DNA of 64,000 nucleotides from Dehalococcoidia bacterium (GTDB lineage: Bacteria > Chloroflexota > Dehalococcoidia > Lucifugimonadales > QGNO01): assembly GCA_034422935.1 (NCBI GenBank), contig DAOUJH010000004.1, positions 5,269 to 69,268 of the forward strand, given 5' to 3'. Shown piece by piece: positions 46,730 through 56,532 of the stretch (position 1 is the stretch's first letter; every line of letters starts with the position of its first letter). The notes under the pieces are model-generated. The model was not told where the DNA came from, did not search any database, and was given only the letters and a program-made list of their open reading frames with translations. A program made the position numbers and the translations under genes.

Positions 46730-47665
46730 CTAGGACGGGGTTGGAGACGCGGCTGCGGCTGCCTTCTCCTCGGCTTCGTCCACCTCGAAAATGCCGAAAA
46801 GGAGGTCCAGGAACGTCTGCACTATCGCACCGTGGGCGGCTTCCCGTCTCACCATGACCGACGTGGGGAGCACGACGTCGTGACCCTCTATTATGCGCAC
46901 GGTGGCCAGGGTCTGAGCTTCCAGCTCGCGGCGCAGCGAGTTGCGGGGCAGGAAGGATATGCCAAGGCCGCGCTCTATCATGCGCTTGGTGGCGTCTATG
47001 CTGTCCAGGTCCATCTGGACGTTGGGCACGATACCGGCCTCGCGGACGACGCGGTTGATCAGCACGAAGTAGCTGGACTCGCGGTCGTAGAGGATGAGGG
47101 GTTCGTGGGCTACGTCGTAGATGCTGGCCTCGCCGGATTGAGCGAAGGGATGGGACGGATGGGTCACCAGGACAACGTGTTCGTCGTAGATGTGGCGCGC
47201 CTCTATATCCGGGTGAACGATGGTGCGAGAGAGGCCGACCTGCACCTCGTCGGAGAGGAGCATCTCCAGCACCTCCGATGAGCGCCCCGTCTTGATGGCC
47301 ACGTCTATGCCGGGATAGAGGATGTGGAACCGCTCAACTATGTCGGGCAGGACGTAGGCGCAGATGGCCCTGGCAGATCCGATGTGCAGCTTGCCGCTGG
47401 AGGCGCGCTGGCTGGCGTCCAGGGCGTCGCGGGCGTCCCTGAGGGATTCCAGGGCGCGCGAAACGTAGGGCAGGAAGGCCTGGCCGGCATCGGTGAGACG
47501 GACGCCGCGGCCCATCCGGTGGAAGAGAGGCCCGCCGGTGTCGCGCTCAAGAGAGAGGATGCGCGCGCTGAGGGAGGGCTGTGTCAGGCCCATGGCTTCA
47601 GCGGCGCGGCTGAAGCTCTTGTACTGCACCACGTTGATAAAGGCTTCCAACTGACCGATTTCCAT
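46730..47665 (-). CDS. LysR-family transcriptional regulator
   Basis: N-terminal wHTH 'LEAFINVVQYKSFSRAAEAMGLTQPSLSARILSLERDTGGPLFHR' plus a LysR substrate-binding domain. Confidence 0.9.
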   Translation of the reverse strand: MEIGQLEAFINVVQYKSFSRAAEAMGLTQPSLSARILSLERDTGGPLFHRMGRGVRLTDAGQAFLPYVSRALESLRDARDALDASQRASSGKLHIGSARAICAYVLPDIVERFHILYPGIDVAIKTGRSSEVLEMLLSDEVQVGLSRTIVHPDIEARHIYDEHVVLVTHPSHPFAQSGEASIYDVAHEPLILYDRESSYFVLINRVVREAGIVPNVQMDLDSIDATKRMIERGLGISFLPRNSLRRELEAQTLATVRIIEGHDVVLPTSVMVRREAAHGAIVQTFLDLLFGIFEVDEAEEKAAAAASPTPS

Positions 47666-47693
47666 GCCGCCGCTCCCGGGTTATAGGTACCTT

Positions 47694-47708
47694 CTATGCC
47701 AAGCATAG
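47694..47708. promoter_or_regulatory. candidate LysR-type binding site (dyad with a T-N11-A core)
   Basis: 'CTATGCCAAGCATAG' is a perfect 6+6 dyad. Its core TATGCCAAGCATA equals T-N11-A. It lies 29 nt upstream of the LysR start codon. Confidence 0.5.
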
Positions 47709-48189
47709 GAGAAATCTATTGTACAGCAATAAGTGGGCTAGGCCAATTGTGCCCTCCGTCATGCCCGTGGCGACGGGTTATCCAGGGGCGGCAATAGTCC
47801 TAACGTAGTTGTCAGGGAGCCACGCAATTGCGGCAGTTTCGGTGAAAAGTTATAAATAATAATATTAACTCGACCCTTAACATTACACTAAAGTTACACC
47901 AAATTTCGCACACTGTGATATATTAGCCTCTGACTTTCATCCGTAGCGAGGCTTCTCTGGAGGGATTTGTGTCATGTTAGGAAGAGCGGGTTCTAGATAC
48001 GTGAATGTGATCTATACAAATAAGAGATAGAAACTACCGTGGACTTTAGGAACTCAGGAGGTTTTTAAGGATACACCTACGCCTGTACCTCCACCATATA
48101 GAAACCCATGTCCCGGAGACGGCACAAGTGAAGATCAACAGGGGCGTGACCCTGAGAAAATTACGCGGGATGCCGAAGAGAGCGGAGCG

Positions 48190-48252
48190 GCGTCAGCAGC
48201 CGCTGATAATTCAGACTCCAGAGAAGCGTCAGCAGCCACTGATAATTCAGAC
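48190..48252 (+). repeat. tandem direct repeat (two 27-nt units, 36-nt period)
   Basis: 'gcgtcagcagccgctgataattcagac' at 48190 and 'gcgtcagcagccactgataattcagac' at 48226 differ by one mismatch. Confidence 0.8.
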
Positions 48253-48355
48253 CCTTGTGGGCCGCCAAGGGTAGTCCCCACGTTGGCACCTATACCAACA
48301 TTTGTTTGGCCAACACCAACACCGACACCCAGGCCGGATTATGGAGGAGGGAGCG

Positions 48356-49126
48356 ATGATGACTAAAACTCGCAACATTGTGTTAGTTTCACTGTTAGCT
48401 TTGGGAGCAGCTTTGGGAGCCGTATGGTGGCTGTGGTACGGGACCGACAGCCCTAACGTCAGCGCCCAGGCGATTCTAGACAATGCTTGTGAACAGATAG
48501 CAGATCAACAGAACTTTGATTTCACGTCGGTAAGAACGATGCCGGTAGAGCGCCCTGAAGAATGGGGTGGAAAGTCGACCATAGTTGTTGGATCTGATGT
48601 GCGTATATCGGGAGAGGACTTTCACGTAACCTACACCGAGAGCGGGGATTTCATGGGTGAGGCCATTGCTGTAAACGGTGTTGTCTACATCCGAGACGAC
48701 TCGACAAATATGCAGTGGGAACTCGATGAGGACGAGGACGGCTTCAATGCAAGGGACTACCTAACAACTCTGCTAGGTTTGTTGGGTTCCGACGATCGCG
48801 ACCCCGAATCTCCTGGAAGCACGCTGTGCACGGACACAATAGGGGCGGTGGGAGTAGTTGACGAGGAGGTAGAGCCAGGAGTGCATCACCTTAGAATCGA
48901 AGAAGATGCAGTGGGGGCCACGGGTCCCGTAGGTAACGTAGATGGTACATTCTCATGGCCTGGGTTCGATACAGTGCAGGACTACTGGGTAGACGCCGAT
49001 AACGGCTTGCTGCTGAAAACCAAAGTGATCTATACCTTTGCAGGTGAACCTGAGTGGACAGGGGAGTTCACCACGGAAATCTCAGGAGTTGGTGAGCCCA
49101 ACGTCATAGAAATACCAGCGTTATGA
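48356..49126 (+). CDS. hypothetical membrane-anchored/secreted protein
   Basis: ATGATG start preceded by 'ggaggaggga'. N-terminal anchor 'IVLVSLLALGAALGAVWWLWY'. The track ORF begins at an upstream TTG (48302). Confidence 0.6.
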   Translation: MMTKTRNIVLVSLLALGAALGAVWWLWYGTDSPNVSAQAILDNACEQIADQQNFDFTSVRTMPVERPEEWGGKSTIVVGSDVRISGEDFHVTYTESGDFMGEAIAVNGVVYIRDDSTNMQWELDEDEDGFNARDYLTTLLGLLGSDDRDPESPGSTLCTDTIGAVGVVDEEVEPGVHHLRIEEDAVGATGPVGNVDGTFSWPGFDTVQDYWVDADNGLLLKTKVIYTFAGEPEWTGEFTTEISGVGEPNVIEIPAL

Positions 49127-49389
49127 TAGCTAAGTGCAATGCTATAAGGGAATCCGTCGATCACTGGGTGGACACTCATCTCAACATAGTGATTCCTGTA
49201 TTCGCGGTCTGGTGCATCGCCTGGATCATCGTTCTCACGATGGGAATTACCGGGGTCTACGACGTGTGCGGTAAGGCCCTGGCCCTGCCCAATTATCGAC
49301 TCCTCCTCCGACTAGCATCAGGCCCCTTCAATCACCGGAAGAACTGGAATACAAGAACGACCCCGACAATAGAGCCGAGTCGGCTGTAG
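49123..49389 (+). CDS. small hypothetical membrane protein (88 aa)
   Basis: ATGA overlap with the upstream gene. One TM 'IVIPVFAVWCIAWIIVLTMGITGV'. Confidence 0.35.
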   Translation: MIAKCNAIRESVDHWVDTHLNIVIPVFAVWCIAWIIVLTMGITGVYDVCGKALALPNYRLLLRLASGPFNHRKNWNTRTTPTIEPSRL

Positions 49390-49532
49390 TTTGGATCGCC
49401 ACACTCATAGCTACCGGCCACCTTGATAGTCTGGCTAATATTGAGTTGACTGCGGAAATCGAGTCATGACCCCGGCACCTATTATCCTCAACACCGCACC
49501 CATGTGCTCTCCGGTCAACTTAAAGGCAACCC

Positions 49533-50534
49533 CTACCCTGCCTTCACCGGCAATCGCGCCTCAGGGTCAAGTCCCTGCCACAGGTGGCACGCCGCCTCCT
49601 GGCTGGGGCGCACCTCCTGGAGGCGCGGGTCGTCCACGGAGCATCGCTCGAAGGCGTAGGGACACCGCGGATGGAAGTGGCAGCCCGGCGGCGGATTGGC
49701 CGGAGTGGGCGGGTCCCCGCTCACCGACGCTCTGCGTCGGAACCGGTTGGAGGGATCGGGTTCAGGCACCGCCTTCACCAGCGCCTGCGTGTACGGGTGG
49801 AGAGGGTTGGAGATGACCGATTTGCTGGGGCCTGTCTCCACGACGCGTCCCAGGTACATGACGGCAATCCGCTCCGAGAAGTGATAGGCCGTGGCGATGT
49901 CGTGGGTGATGTACAGGAAGGCCGTGCCGTGCTTCTCCTGGAGATCGCGCATCAGGTATAGGATCTCCGCCCGGCTTGATGCGTCGACCATCGACACCGG
50001 CTCGTCGGCCACTATGAGCTCCGGTTCCAGCACCAGAGCCCTGGCTATAGCCACCCTCTGTCGCTGCCCTCCCGACAGCATGTGCGGAAACATGTCGGCG
50101 AACTCGTGCCCGGGACGCAGCCTCACCTCTTCCAGGGCCTCGTGCACCGCTCCCTTCCTGGACCGGACGTCCGTGCCGTGAATGATGAGGGGTTCTTCCA
50201 CAATCTGCCCCACCGTCATGTACGGGTCCAGGCTGGAGTAAGGGTCTTGGAAGATGGCCTGGGCGCGCCGTCGAAACGGCTTCAGCTCCGTCTCGCTTCT
50301 CCCGGAGATGTCCTCTCCGTCGAATACGACCGTGCCGCCGCTCAGCTTGATCAATCGCAGGCAGGCCCGCGCCAGCGTGGTCTTGCCGCTCCCCGACTCG
50401 CCGACAATGGCCAGCGACTCCCCTTGTTCCAGGCTGATGGAGACGCCGTCCAGCGCCCGCACCGCCACCGAGCCAAGGAACCCCTTCTTGGCGCGGAACT
50501 CCACCGACACGTCGTGGGCTTGCAGCAGGCTCAT
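49533..50534 (-). CDS. peptide/nickel ABC transporter ATP-binding protein (OppF/DppF-like)
   Basis: Walker A 'GESGSGKTT', signature 'LSGGQRQRVAIARAL' and C-terminal 'PPPGCHFHPRCPYAFERC'. Start set at ATG 50534, giving an ATGA overlap with the upstream ATPase. Confidence 0.9.
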   Translation of the reverse strand: MSLLQAHDVSVEFRAKKGFLGSVAVRALDGVSISLEQGESLAIVGESGSGKTTLARACLRLIKLSGGTVVFDGEDISGRSETELKPFRRRAQAIFQDPYSSLDPYMTVGQIVEEPLIIHGTDVRSRKGAVHEALEEVRLRPGHEFADMFPHMLSGGQRQRVAIARALVLEPELIVADEPVSMVDASSRAEILYLMRDLQEKHGTAFLYITHDIATAYHFSERIAVMYLGRVVETGPSKSVISNPLHPYTQALVKAVPEPDPSNRFRRRASVSGDPPTPANPPPGCHFHPRCPYAFERCSVDDPRLQEVRPSQEAACHLWQGLDPEARLPVKAG

Positions 50535-51505
50535 GCTTCGTCCTCCACCAGCCAGCAGCGCGCCCGGTGGGAAGGGCCCGCCCCTATCAGGCGCGGCTCT
50601 TCCGCCGTACACCGTTCAAAGGTGTACGGGCACCTGGGATTGAAGCGGCACCCCGCCGGCGGTTCCCGCATGTCCGGGGGACTGCCAGGAATGAACCGGG
50701 GTCGGTCTTCCTGGTGGACGCGAGGCATGCTTGCCAGCAGCATCTGTGTGTACGGGTGTCTCGGCTTCTCCAGAATCGACTCCGCCGGGCCCATCTCCGC
50801 GATTCTGCCCGCGTACATCACGCCTATGGTCTCGCAGATGTCGCTGGCCAGGGCCAAATCGTGGGTGATGAAGATGATGCCCAGGCCAAGCTCCTCCTTC
50901 AGGTCCTTTAGCTGATCCATGATCTGCGCCTGTATGGTAACGTCCAGCGCCGACGTCGGCTCGTCGAGTATGAGCAGCTTGGGCTTCAGTATCAGCGACA
51001 TGGCAATGGAGACGCGCTGCTTCATGCCGCCGCTCAGCTCGTGCGGGTATCTGTCGAAGACGTCTGCGGGCAGGTTCACCAGATCGAAGAGACGGTGAGC
51101 CTCGGCCTCCGCCGCCTTCTTGGAGGTGCCGTCGTGCACCAGCGCGGGCTCTATGACTTGCTGGCCCACCTTGACCACCGGGTTCAGCGATTCCACCGCT
51201 CCTTGGAACACCATCGCCATCTTCTGCCAGCGTATCTCCCTGCGGAACAGCTCTTCTCTAAGCGTGGAGACGTTAGTTCCTTCCAGTTCCACCGTTCCGT
51301 CCTTGAGCAAGGCGTTTCCCGGCAGCACTCGCACCAGCGATAGGGCAAGGCTGCTCTTTCCCGCCCCGGATTCGCCAACCAGTCCCACCGCCTCACCTGC
51401 GTGGACGGTGAACGAGACCTCATCCACCGCGGTGAGGGTTCCCTCTCGCGTTCTGTATAGCAGGCTCAGATTGCTGACGCGCAACAGCGGCGCGGACGTG
51501 GTCAT
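50531..51505 (-). CDS. peptide/nickel ABC transporter ATP-binding protein (OppD/DppD-like)
   Basis: 'GESGAGKSS', 'LSGGMKQRVSIAMSL' and 'PPAGCRFNPRCPYTFERC'. Start set at ATG 51505 (Met146 of the track ORF), giving an ATGA overlap with the permease. Confidence 0.9.
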   Translation of the reverse strand: MTTSAPLLRVSNLSLLYRTREGTLTAVDEVSFTVHAGEAVGLVGESGAGKSSLALSLVRVLPGNALLKDGTVELEGTNVSTLREELFRREIRWQKMAMVFQGAVESLNPVVKVGQQVIEPALVHDGTSKKAAEAEAHRLFDLVNLPADVFDRYPHELSGGMKQRVSIAMSLILKPKLLILDEPTSALDVTIQAQIMDQLKDLKEELGLGIIFITHDLALASDICETIGVMYAGRIAEMGPAESILEKPRHPYTQMLLASMPRVHQEDRPRFIPGSPPDMREPPAGCRFNPRCPYTFERCTAEEPRLIGAGPSHRARCWLVEDEA

Positions 51506-52929
51506 GATTGTCTCGCAGTCTGCAGCCGCGGGTTCACCACCGGCTCCAGTCCCAGGGTTATCAGCACAAAGGTCATCGCCGTGGCCACAATGAGCAGACC
51601 AGGCGGCAGTATCCACCACCAGTAGCCGACGTATACCGCCCCGGTGCGGAACCCGTTCTCCAGTATCTGCCCCCACGTCGGTATGGACGGGTCGCCCAGT
51701 CCGAGGAAGCTCAGTCCGGCCTCGGCCAGAATGGCGGCGGGCGTGAAGAAGATCATCTGGGCAAAGACGAACGGCGCTATCTGGAACAGGATGTGCCGCA
51801 GCATTATGCGCATCCTGGACGCTCCCAAAGCCCGCGTGGACTCCACAAGCTGCCCGCTGCGTATCTGCAGCACCATCGATCGCACCACTATGGTCAGTCC
51901 GGGCCAGCCGAACAGTATCATGATCAGCACCACCAGCCATAGCTTCTGGCCCAGGATGAATATGAGGAAGATCAGTATGGGGAGCAGCGGCACGTTGCTC
52001 CAGATATCGGAGAACCTTTGCACCGCCACGTCCGTCTTGCCTCCCATGAACCCGCTCAGAATGCCGAGGAACGCCCCTATAACCGTGGCGAATACGGAGG
52101 TGACAAAGCCGATGATCAGGGCCACCGGAAACCCGAAGAGCAGCCCCAGCGCCAGGTCCCGTCCCAGGGAGTCCGTTCCCATCACGCCGAAGACGTTGCC
52201 GCCAAGCACGAGCTTGACCTGGCCCACGGAGTCGCCCGTTTCTCCCATGACGGCCTGGGCGTCGAACTTGTACGAGCCGGGCAGAGGCTCGAAGCTAAGC
52301 GTTTCTCCGGCAACGGGCGTACCGAAGACCACCTGCTCCACCTTCCCTTCCAGGTCACCGGGCGATACGTCCAGAGCGAACTCCTCCCTCAGGAACGAGG
52401 TCAGTCGCACCAGAATATCGCCGTCGCCGCTGAGGAAGACCCGCAGGGGCGTGTCCTGGAAGCGAAGGTACGGTGACGTCTCGCCGAGCCTGGGACCTCG
52501 CACCACCTGCTGATGCAGCGTTATACGGCGGCCGTCGGGACGGGTCACGTTGAGCGTAATCACCGGCGGCCGGTCGCTGAACCGGACGTCCGATACGGAG
52601 AAGGCGGAGAAGGTCGGAGGACTGCTGCTGTCGTACCGGTAGTCGAACGAGTAGCTGCGTCTCAAGCCGCCGTCCGCGTCGGGCTGTGAAGCCTGGAAGA
52701 CGGCGTGCGGCAGGGCGTCACTGCCCTGGAACAGGCTCGTCCAGGCCGGCGGCACCGCCCTGGGGTTGTCCGACCATTCCGCCGGGTTGTTCCATCTCTG
52801 TGAACCGAAGTCCAATGGGAACCGCACCACTACAAACAGGGACGCCAGCACTATGGTGGCCAGGAACACCACCCCTGCCCTGCCGGAGCCGCTGCTCAAC
52901 AGTATGTTTACTATTTCCTTTGCCTTCAT
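51502..52929 (-). CDS. ABC transporter permease (OppC/DppC-like) with a long N-terminal periplasmic region
   Basis: The C-terminal half has the BPD-transporter pattern 'ALGASRMRIMLRHILFQIAP'. An N-terminal TM is followed by a 230-aa extracytoplasmic segment. Confidence 0.85.
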   Translation of the reverse strand: MKAKEIVNILLSSGSGRAGVVFLATIVLASLFVVVRFPLDFGSQRWNNPAEWSDNPRAVPPAWTSLFQGSDALPHAVFQASQPDADGGLRRSYSFDYRYDSSSPPTFSAFSVSDVRFSDRPPVITLNVTRPDGRRITLHQQVVRGPRLGETSPYLRFQDTPLRVFLSGDGDILVRLTSFLREEFALDVSPGDLEGKVEQVVFGTPVAGETLSFEPLPGSYKFDAQAVMGETGDSVGQVKLVLGGNVFGVMGTDSLGRDLALGLLFGFPVALIIGFVTSVFATVIGAFLGILSGFMGGKTDVAVQRFSDIWSNVPLLPILIFLIFILGQKLWLVVLIMILFGWPGLTIVVRSMVLQIRSGQLVESTRALGASRMRIMLRHILFQIAPFVFAQMIFFTPAAILAEAGLSFLGLGDPSIPTWGQILENGFRTGAVYVGYWWWILPPGLLIVATAMTFVLITLGLEPVVNPRLQTARQS

Positions 52930-52931
52930 AG

Positions 52932-53981
52932 CTAGGTGTACCTGATGCGCGGGTCAAGGATCAGATACAGGACCTCCAGTATGAAACGCGCCAGCACGTA
53001 GAGTAGGGTGAACATGAACGTCAGCGCGACGATCACCGCCTCATCCGCCGCCAGGATGGCGTCGTAGTAGAGCCGTCCCATGCCCGGCCAGTTGAATACG
53101 GTCTCGGTGAGTATGGCCCCGCCCAGCGATGCGGCAAGTCCGAGCACAAGGTTGGTCACAATGGGCGGCGCGGCTACCCGTAGGATGTAGCGGCGCATCA
53201 CCCTGCCTTCCGGCAGGCCCTTGGCCCGCGCTACGGTGACAAAGAACTCCTGCGCCGTGTTCAGCACCATGGTCCGCACCGTGTAGGCCCATGCCCCCAG
53301 CGACACCAGCACAAGGGTTATCACGGGCAGGATGGCGTGGTACAGCAGGTCCAGCAAGCGGGTTATGCCTCCTTCCGGAGGCGGCGTACTGTGAAGCCCG
53401 CCGGACGGCAAGATACGCAGTTGAAAGGCCAAAAGCAGGATGAGCAGGATGCCTGTCCACCATGCGGGCAAAGCGTATGAAATGGCGGAGGCGTAGGACA
53501 CGCTTCTATCCAGCTTGCTGCCGATGCGCGTCGCCAGCTTGACCCCGATAGCCAGGCCAAGCACCGCCGTAATCGCCGATGCCGTGGTGATGAGCAGCAT
53601 GGTATAAGGCAGGCGTTCCAGCACCATGGTGAGCACCTTGGGACTGCCTTGGAAACTGCGCAGGGTGCGCGCCTCGCCCAGGTCTAGGAGGATGAGACGC
53701 CTGACCATATCGGGAAGACGCTGGTACCACGGTCTGTCCAGGCTGTAGAACTTCTCGCGCTCTTCACGCTGTGTGCGGAGCACCTGTTCCAGCTGCTCCG
53801 GGTCTCGTATGGTGCGCGCCAGACCTTCTCGTATGCCGCGCATCTCTTCGTTTACTATGGCGTTGAGAATGCGGTCGGAGAAACCGGTGGCGCCCAGGGC
53901 GACCACCAGCATCACCAGCACCACGATGAGCACTCCTAATAGGGAGAGCGCCCTGAGTGCCAGCGTTAGTCCTAAAAACAT
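52932..53981 (-). CDS. ABC transporter permease (OppB/DppB-like)
   Basis: 'ARAKGLPEGRVMRRYILRVAAPPIVT' is an EAA-loop-type motif. Six TM pattern. Confidence 0.85.
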   Translation of the reverse strand: MFLGLTLALRALSLLGVLIVVLVMLVVALGATGFSDRILNAIVNEEMRGIREGLARTIRDPEQLEQVLRTQREEREKFYSLDRPWYQRLPDMVRRLILLDLGEARTLRSFQGSPKVLTMVLERLPYTMLLITTASAITAVLGLAIGVKLATRIGSKLDRSVSYASAISYALPAWWTGILLILLLAFQLRILPSGGLHSTPPPEGGITRLLDLLYHAILPVITLVLVSLGAWAYTVRTMVLNTAQEFFVTVARAKGLPEGRVMRRYILRVAAPPIVTNLVLGLAASLGGAILTETVFNWPGMGRLYYDAILAADEAVIVALTFMFTLLYVLARFILEVLYLILDPRIRYT

Positions 53982-53999
53982 GACGCTTTGAGCGCTAGA

Positions 54000-56522
54000 C
54001 TACCCGGATTGCAGCGGCGGGCCTGAGCAGGAGAACCCTCCGCCTCCCTCTGCAGGTGTTGGCGTTGGAGCCGCCGCCGTAGGTGTGGAGACTACGGTGG
54101 CCTGTGTGGGTACTTCGCCGGAGAAGGCCTCCAGGTCAACCCGGCGCTCGGCCAGCGACGACACCAGGTCGCTGGAAGCAACCAGGAACAGCTGGTACAA
54201 GCCGTCCCTCAGCTGGCCGGTTACGTCGGCCGGTATCTCCAAGCTGTACTGATTGCCGCTGGCGCGCTGGGCGTCTCCCAGGGTGACCACTTCACCGCTG
54301 GCCGGGTCGAGCAGCAGGTATCGCAGCTCCACGAGCCCCGGCCCTTCCACGGTCACCTCGACCGTAGCGGCGGAACCGATGCCTATGTCGGGCGCTTCGA
54401 TGTTGTTGAACCGGATGGCGGGAGGCGCGCCTCTGTACCAGTCGCCGGGCTTGAATGGATAGCTGGGGTCACGGAACGCCACCAGCTCGGCGAACTGGGA
54501 AGGCGGGTCGTAGCGCACCAGCTGGAACGGGCCGTTGCTGATGATCGCCAGGTCGTGCTCCTCTATCCAGTCCAGGACAGCTTGATATCGCTGGCCGGCT
54601 TCCTCCTCCGACACGGAGACGCCGCTGCTTTCGAAAATGCTCTGCGGATAGCTGTTGTTGTCGTGCAGGTCTATGAGGGCGCGGCGCAACAGACGCACGT
54701 CATTGGGCATTACAAGGTTGATCCAGGGAACGCTGAAGCGCTGGGCGGCGGTATCGCTGTAGGCTGCTCTTCTATCTTCGAAGACCAGCTTGTCCAGGGC
54801 GGCTATTACCTCCCAGGGCATACTCAGCCCCGACATGTTGGCGTACTCCGCTATGTAGTCTTCCACAAAGTGCCAGTAGTCCACGTAGACTTCCAGTCTG
54901 TTTTCGTCCAGCACCTTGATGCCGCGCACCGTTTCCAGGAACGGCTTGCTTGTCACCGCAAGAGCGAACTCTATCTTGGACTTGTCCTCGTCCAGAGCGC
55001 GGTCGAAGCCCTGGGATATGGTGTAGACGACGTCGGCCATTGTGATTGGCTGGCCGTGATGCCACTTGGACTGGAAGAACTTGGAGTAGTCGAAGATCAC
55101 CTTGCTCGTGGCCTTTATGCCGCCGCCCACGTCGACGAACTCGTCATTCTCCGCATCCCATAGCTTTGCATCGCTGGGCACGTCCAGCTTGCCCTCCGGC
55201 CCGGCGGTGCTCACTTCGTATTCGGCGCGGAACGGTATGGGGACACCGGTGAACGGGTCGCGCCACAGCGGCGGGTCGTGGACGTTGTTCCAGATGTCCA
55301 CGCTGTACAGGTCGCCAAAGCCGCCCACCGGATTCCAGGTGGTGCGCTCCGTCCACACCCAGAGGTTTCCTACCGTCAACGTGTCCTCGCCGGGTATGTG
55401 CGCCTCACGCAGTGTCCAGATGGACTTGGGCCCCGCCGATATATCCTGCGTTACCCCCTGCAGGTTGTTGTCCGTGGGCAGGCTGTTCACTATGGTAGCC
55501 AGCCAGACGCGCACCGATTCCTGGAGAGAGATCTCAGTAATCTCCTCGTATATCTGATTGCGCTCTTCCACGCTGCGGAAGTTCCCCTGGAAGAGATTCT
55601 GCCCCAGCTCGTCCAGGCGCTCGTTCTCGTATTGCCAGTACCCCACTTCCTGCCAGCCCGGCATATTGCCCAGCCAGGGAGCGGTCATGCTGTTCGCCGT
55701 CCCGTAGTCGAACCGTTCCGCAGCGCCGCGTCCCCAACCCTCCGTGTAGAGGTGCCACTGGAACACCTGAGGGTCGGTGCCGTATACGGAAAGTATGGCC
55801 GGGGCAAAGTTGAGGTAGGTGGGCACAACGGTGAAGCCCAATTTGTCCAGTTCGGCGCGGATGAGGTCTCCCACCTCGCGCCGTTCGTCTTCCACGCGGA
55901 CGATGAACTTGACCTGCACCGGTCTGTCGTTGTAGTGCCACTTATCGCCCTGCAACGTGGCTCCGGCGCCCGTCATGGCCTGCTCCACAAGGTCGCGCGC
56001 GAATTCGGGGTCATAGGTGATGTCCTGCTCCTTGAGCTCGTCGTACACCGTCAGGTAGTCGTAGTCAAAGGGGCCCACGTGGGCCAGCATAGGCTCTGCC
56101 AGGCCCTTGTAAATCTCCTCCGCAATGAACCGCCTGTCCACGGCGTATTGCAAGGCTTGGCGCACCTCGCGGATGGAGAACGGGTTGAGCTCTCCCTCCG
56201 CGGCGGGGGCCGGATTCAGGATAAGCGATATGGAGGTGGCCGGCGCCTGGTACATAGTGATGTCGGTGGAATCTTGCAGCTGGCGGGCCGCCTCCGTCTT
56301 CAGGCTGAACAGGTAGAAGTCCATGTCCCCGTTCTGCAGGGACTGGCCTGCCAGGTCAACGTGGAACGACTGGAACTGGATGCGCTCAGATGCGGGGCCC
56401 GGTCTATCATGCGGCGGCTGATAGTCGTCAGGGCTTTGAGCCAGGACGCCCGGGGCCAATTCCAGGCCAATGAGAAGCCCTATCACAACCAGAGCTATTT
56501 TCAAGCGGTTATTTATGCGCAT
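54000..56522 (-). CDS. family-5 ABC substrate-binding protein, oversized (840 aa) with a C-terminal extension
   Basis: Signal peptide, then an SBP_bac_5-like body. An extra region of about 250 aa and the tail 'TPTAAAPTPTPAEGGGGFSCSGPPLQSG' follow. Confidence 0.8.
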   Translation of the reverse strand: MRINNRLKIALVVIGLLIGLELAPGVLAQSPDDYQPPHDRPGPASERIQFQSFHVDLAGQSLQNGDMDFYLFSLKTEAARQLQDSTDITMYQAPATSISLILNPAPAAEGELNPFSIREVRQALQYAVDRRFIAEEIYKGLAEPMLAHVGPFDYDYLTVYDELKEQDITYDPEFARDLVEQAMTGAGATLQGDKWHYNDRPVQVKFIVRVEDERREVGDLIRAELDKLGFTVVPTYLNFAPAILSVYGTDPQVFQWHLYTEGWGRGAAERFDYGTANSMTAPWLGNMPGWQEVGYWQYENERLDELGQNLFQGNFRSVEERNQIYEEITEISLQESVRVWLATIVNSLPTDNNLQGVTQDISAGPKSIWTLREAHIPGEDTLTVGNLWVWTERTTWNPVGGFGDLYSVDIWNNVHDPPLWRDPFTGVPIPFRAEYEVSTAGPEGKLDVPSDAKLWDAENDEFVDVGGGIKATSKVIFDYSKFFQSKWHHGQPITMADVVYTISQGFDRALDEDKSKIEFALAVTSKPFLETVRGIKVLDENRLEVYVDYWHFVEDYIAEYANMSGLSMPWEVIAALDKLVFEDRRAAYSDTAAQRFSVPWINLVMPNDVRLLRRALIDLHDNNSYPQSIFESSGVSVSEEEAGQRYQAVLDWIEEHDLAIISNGPFQLVRYDPPSQFAELVAFRDPSYPFKPGDWYRGAPPAIRFNNIEAPDIGIGSAATVEVTVEGPGLVELRYLLLDPASGEVVTLGDAQRASGNQYSLEIPADVTGQLRDGLYQLFLVASSDLVSSLAERRVDLEAFSGEVPTQATVVSTPTAAAPTPTPAEGGGGFSCSGPPLQSG

Positions 56523-56532
56523 GTTCCGTCCG

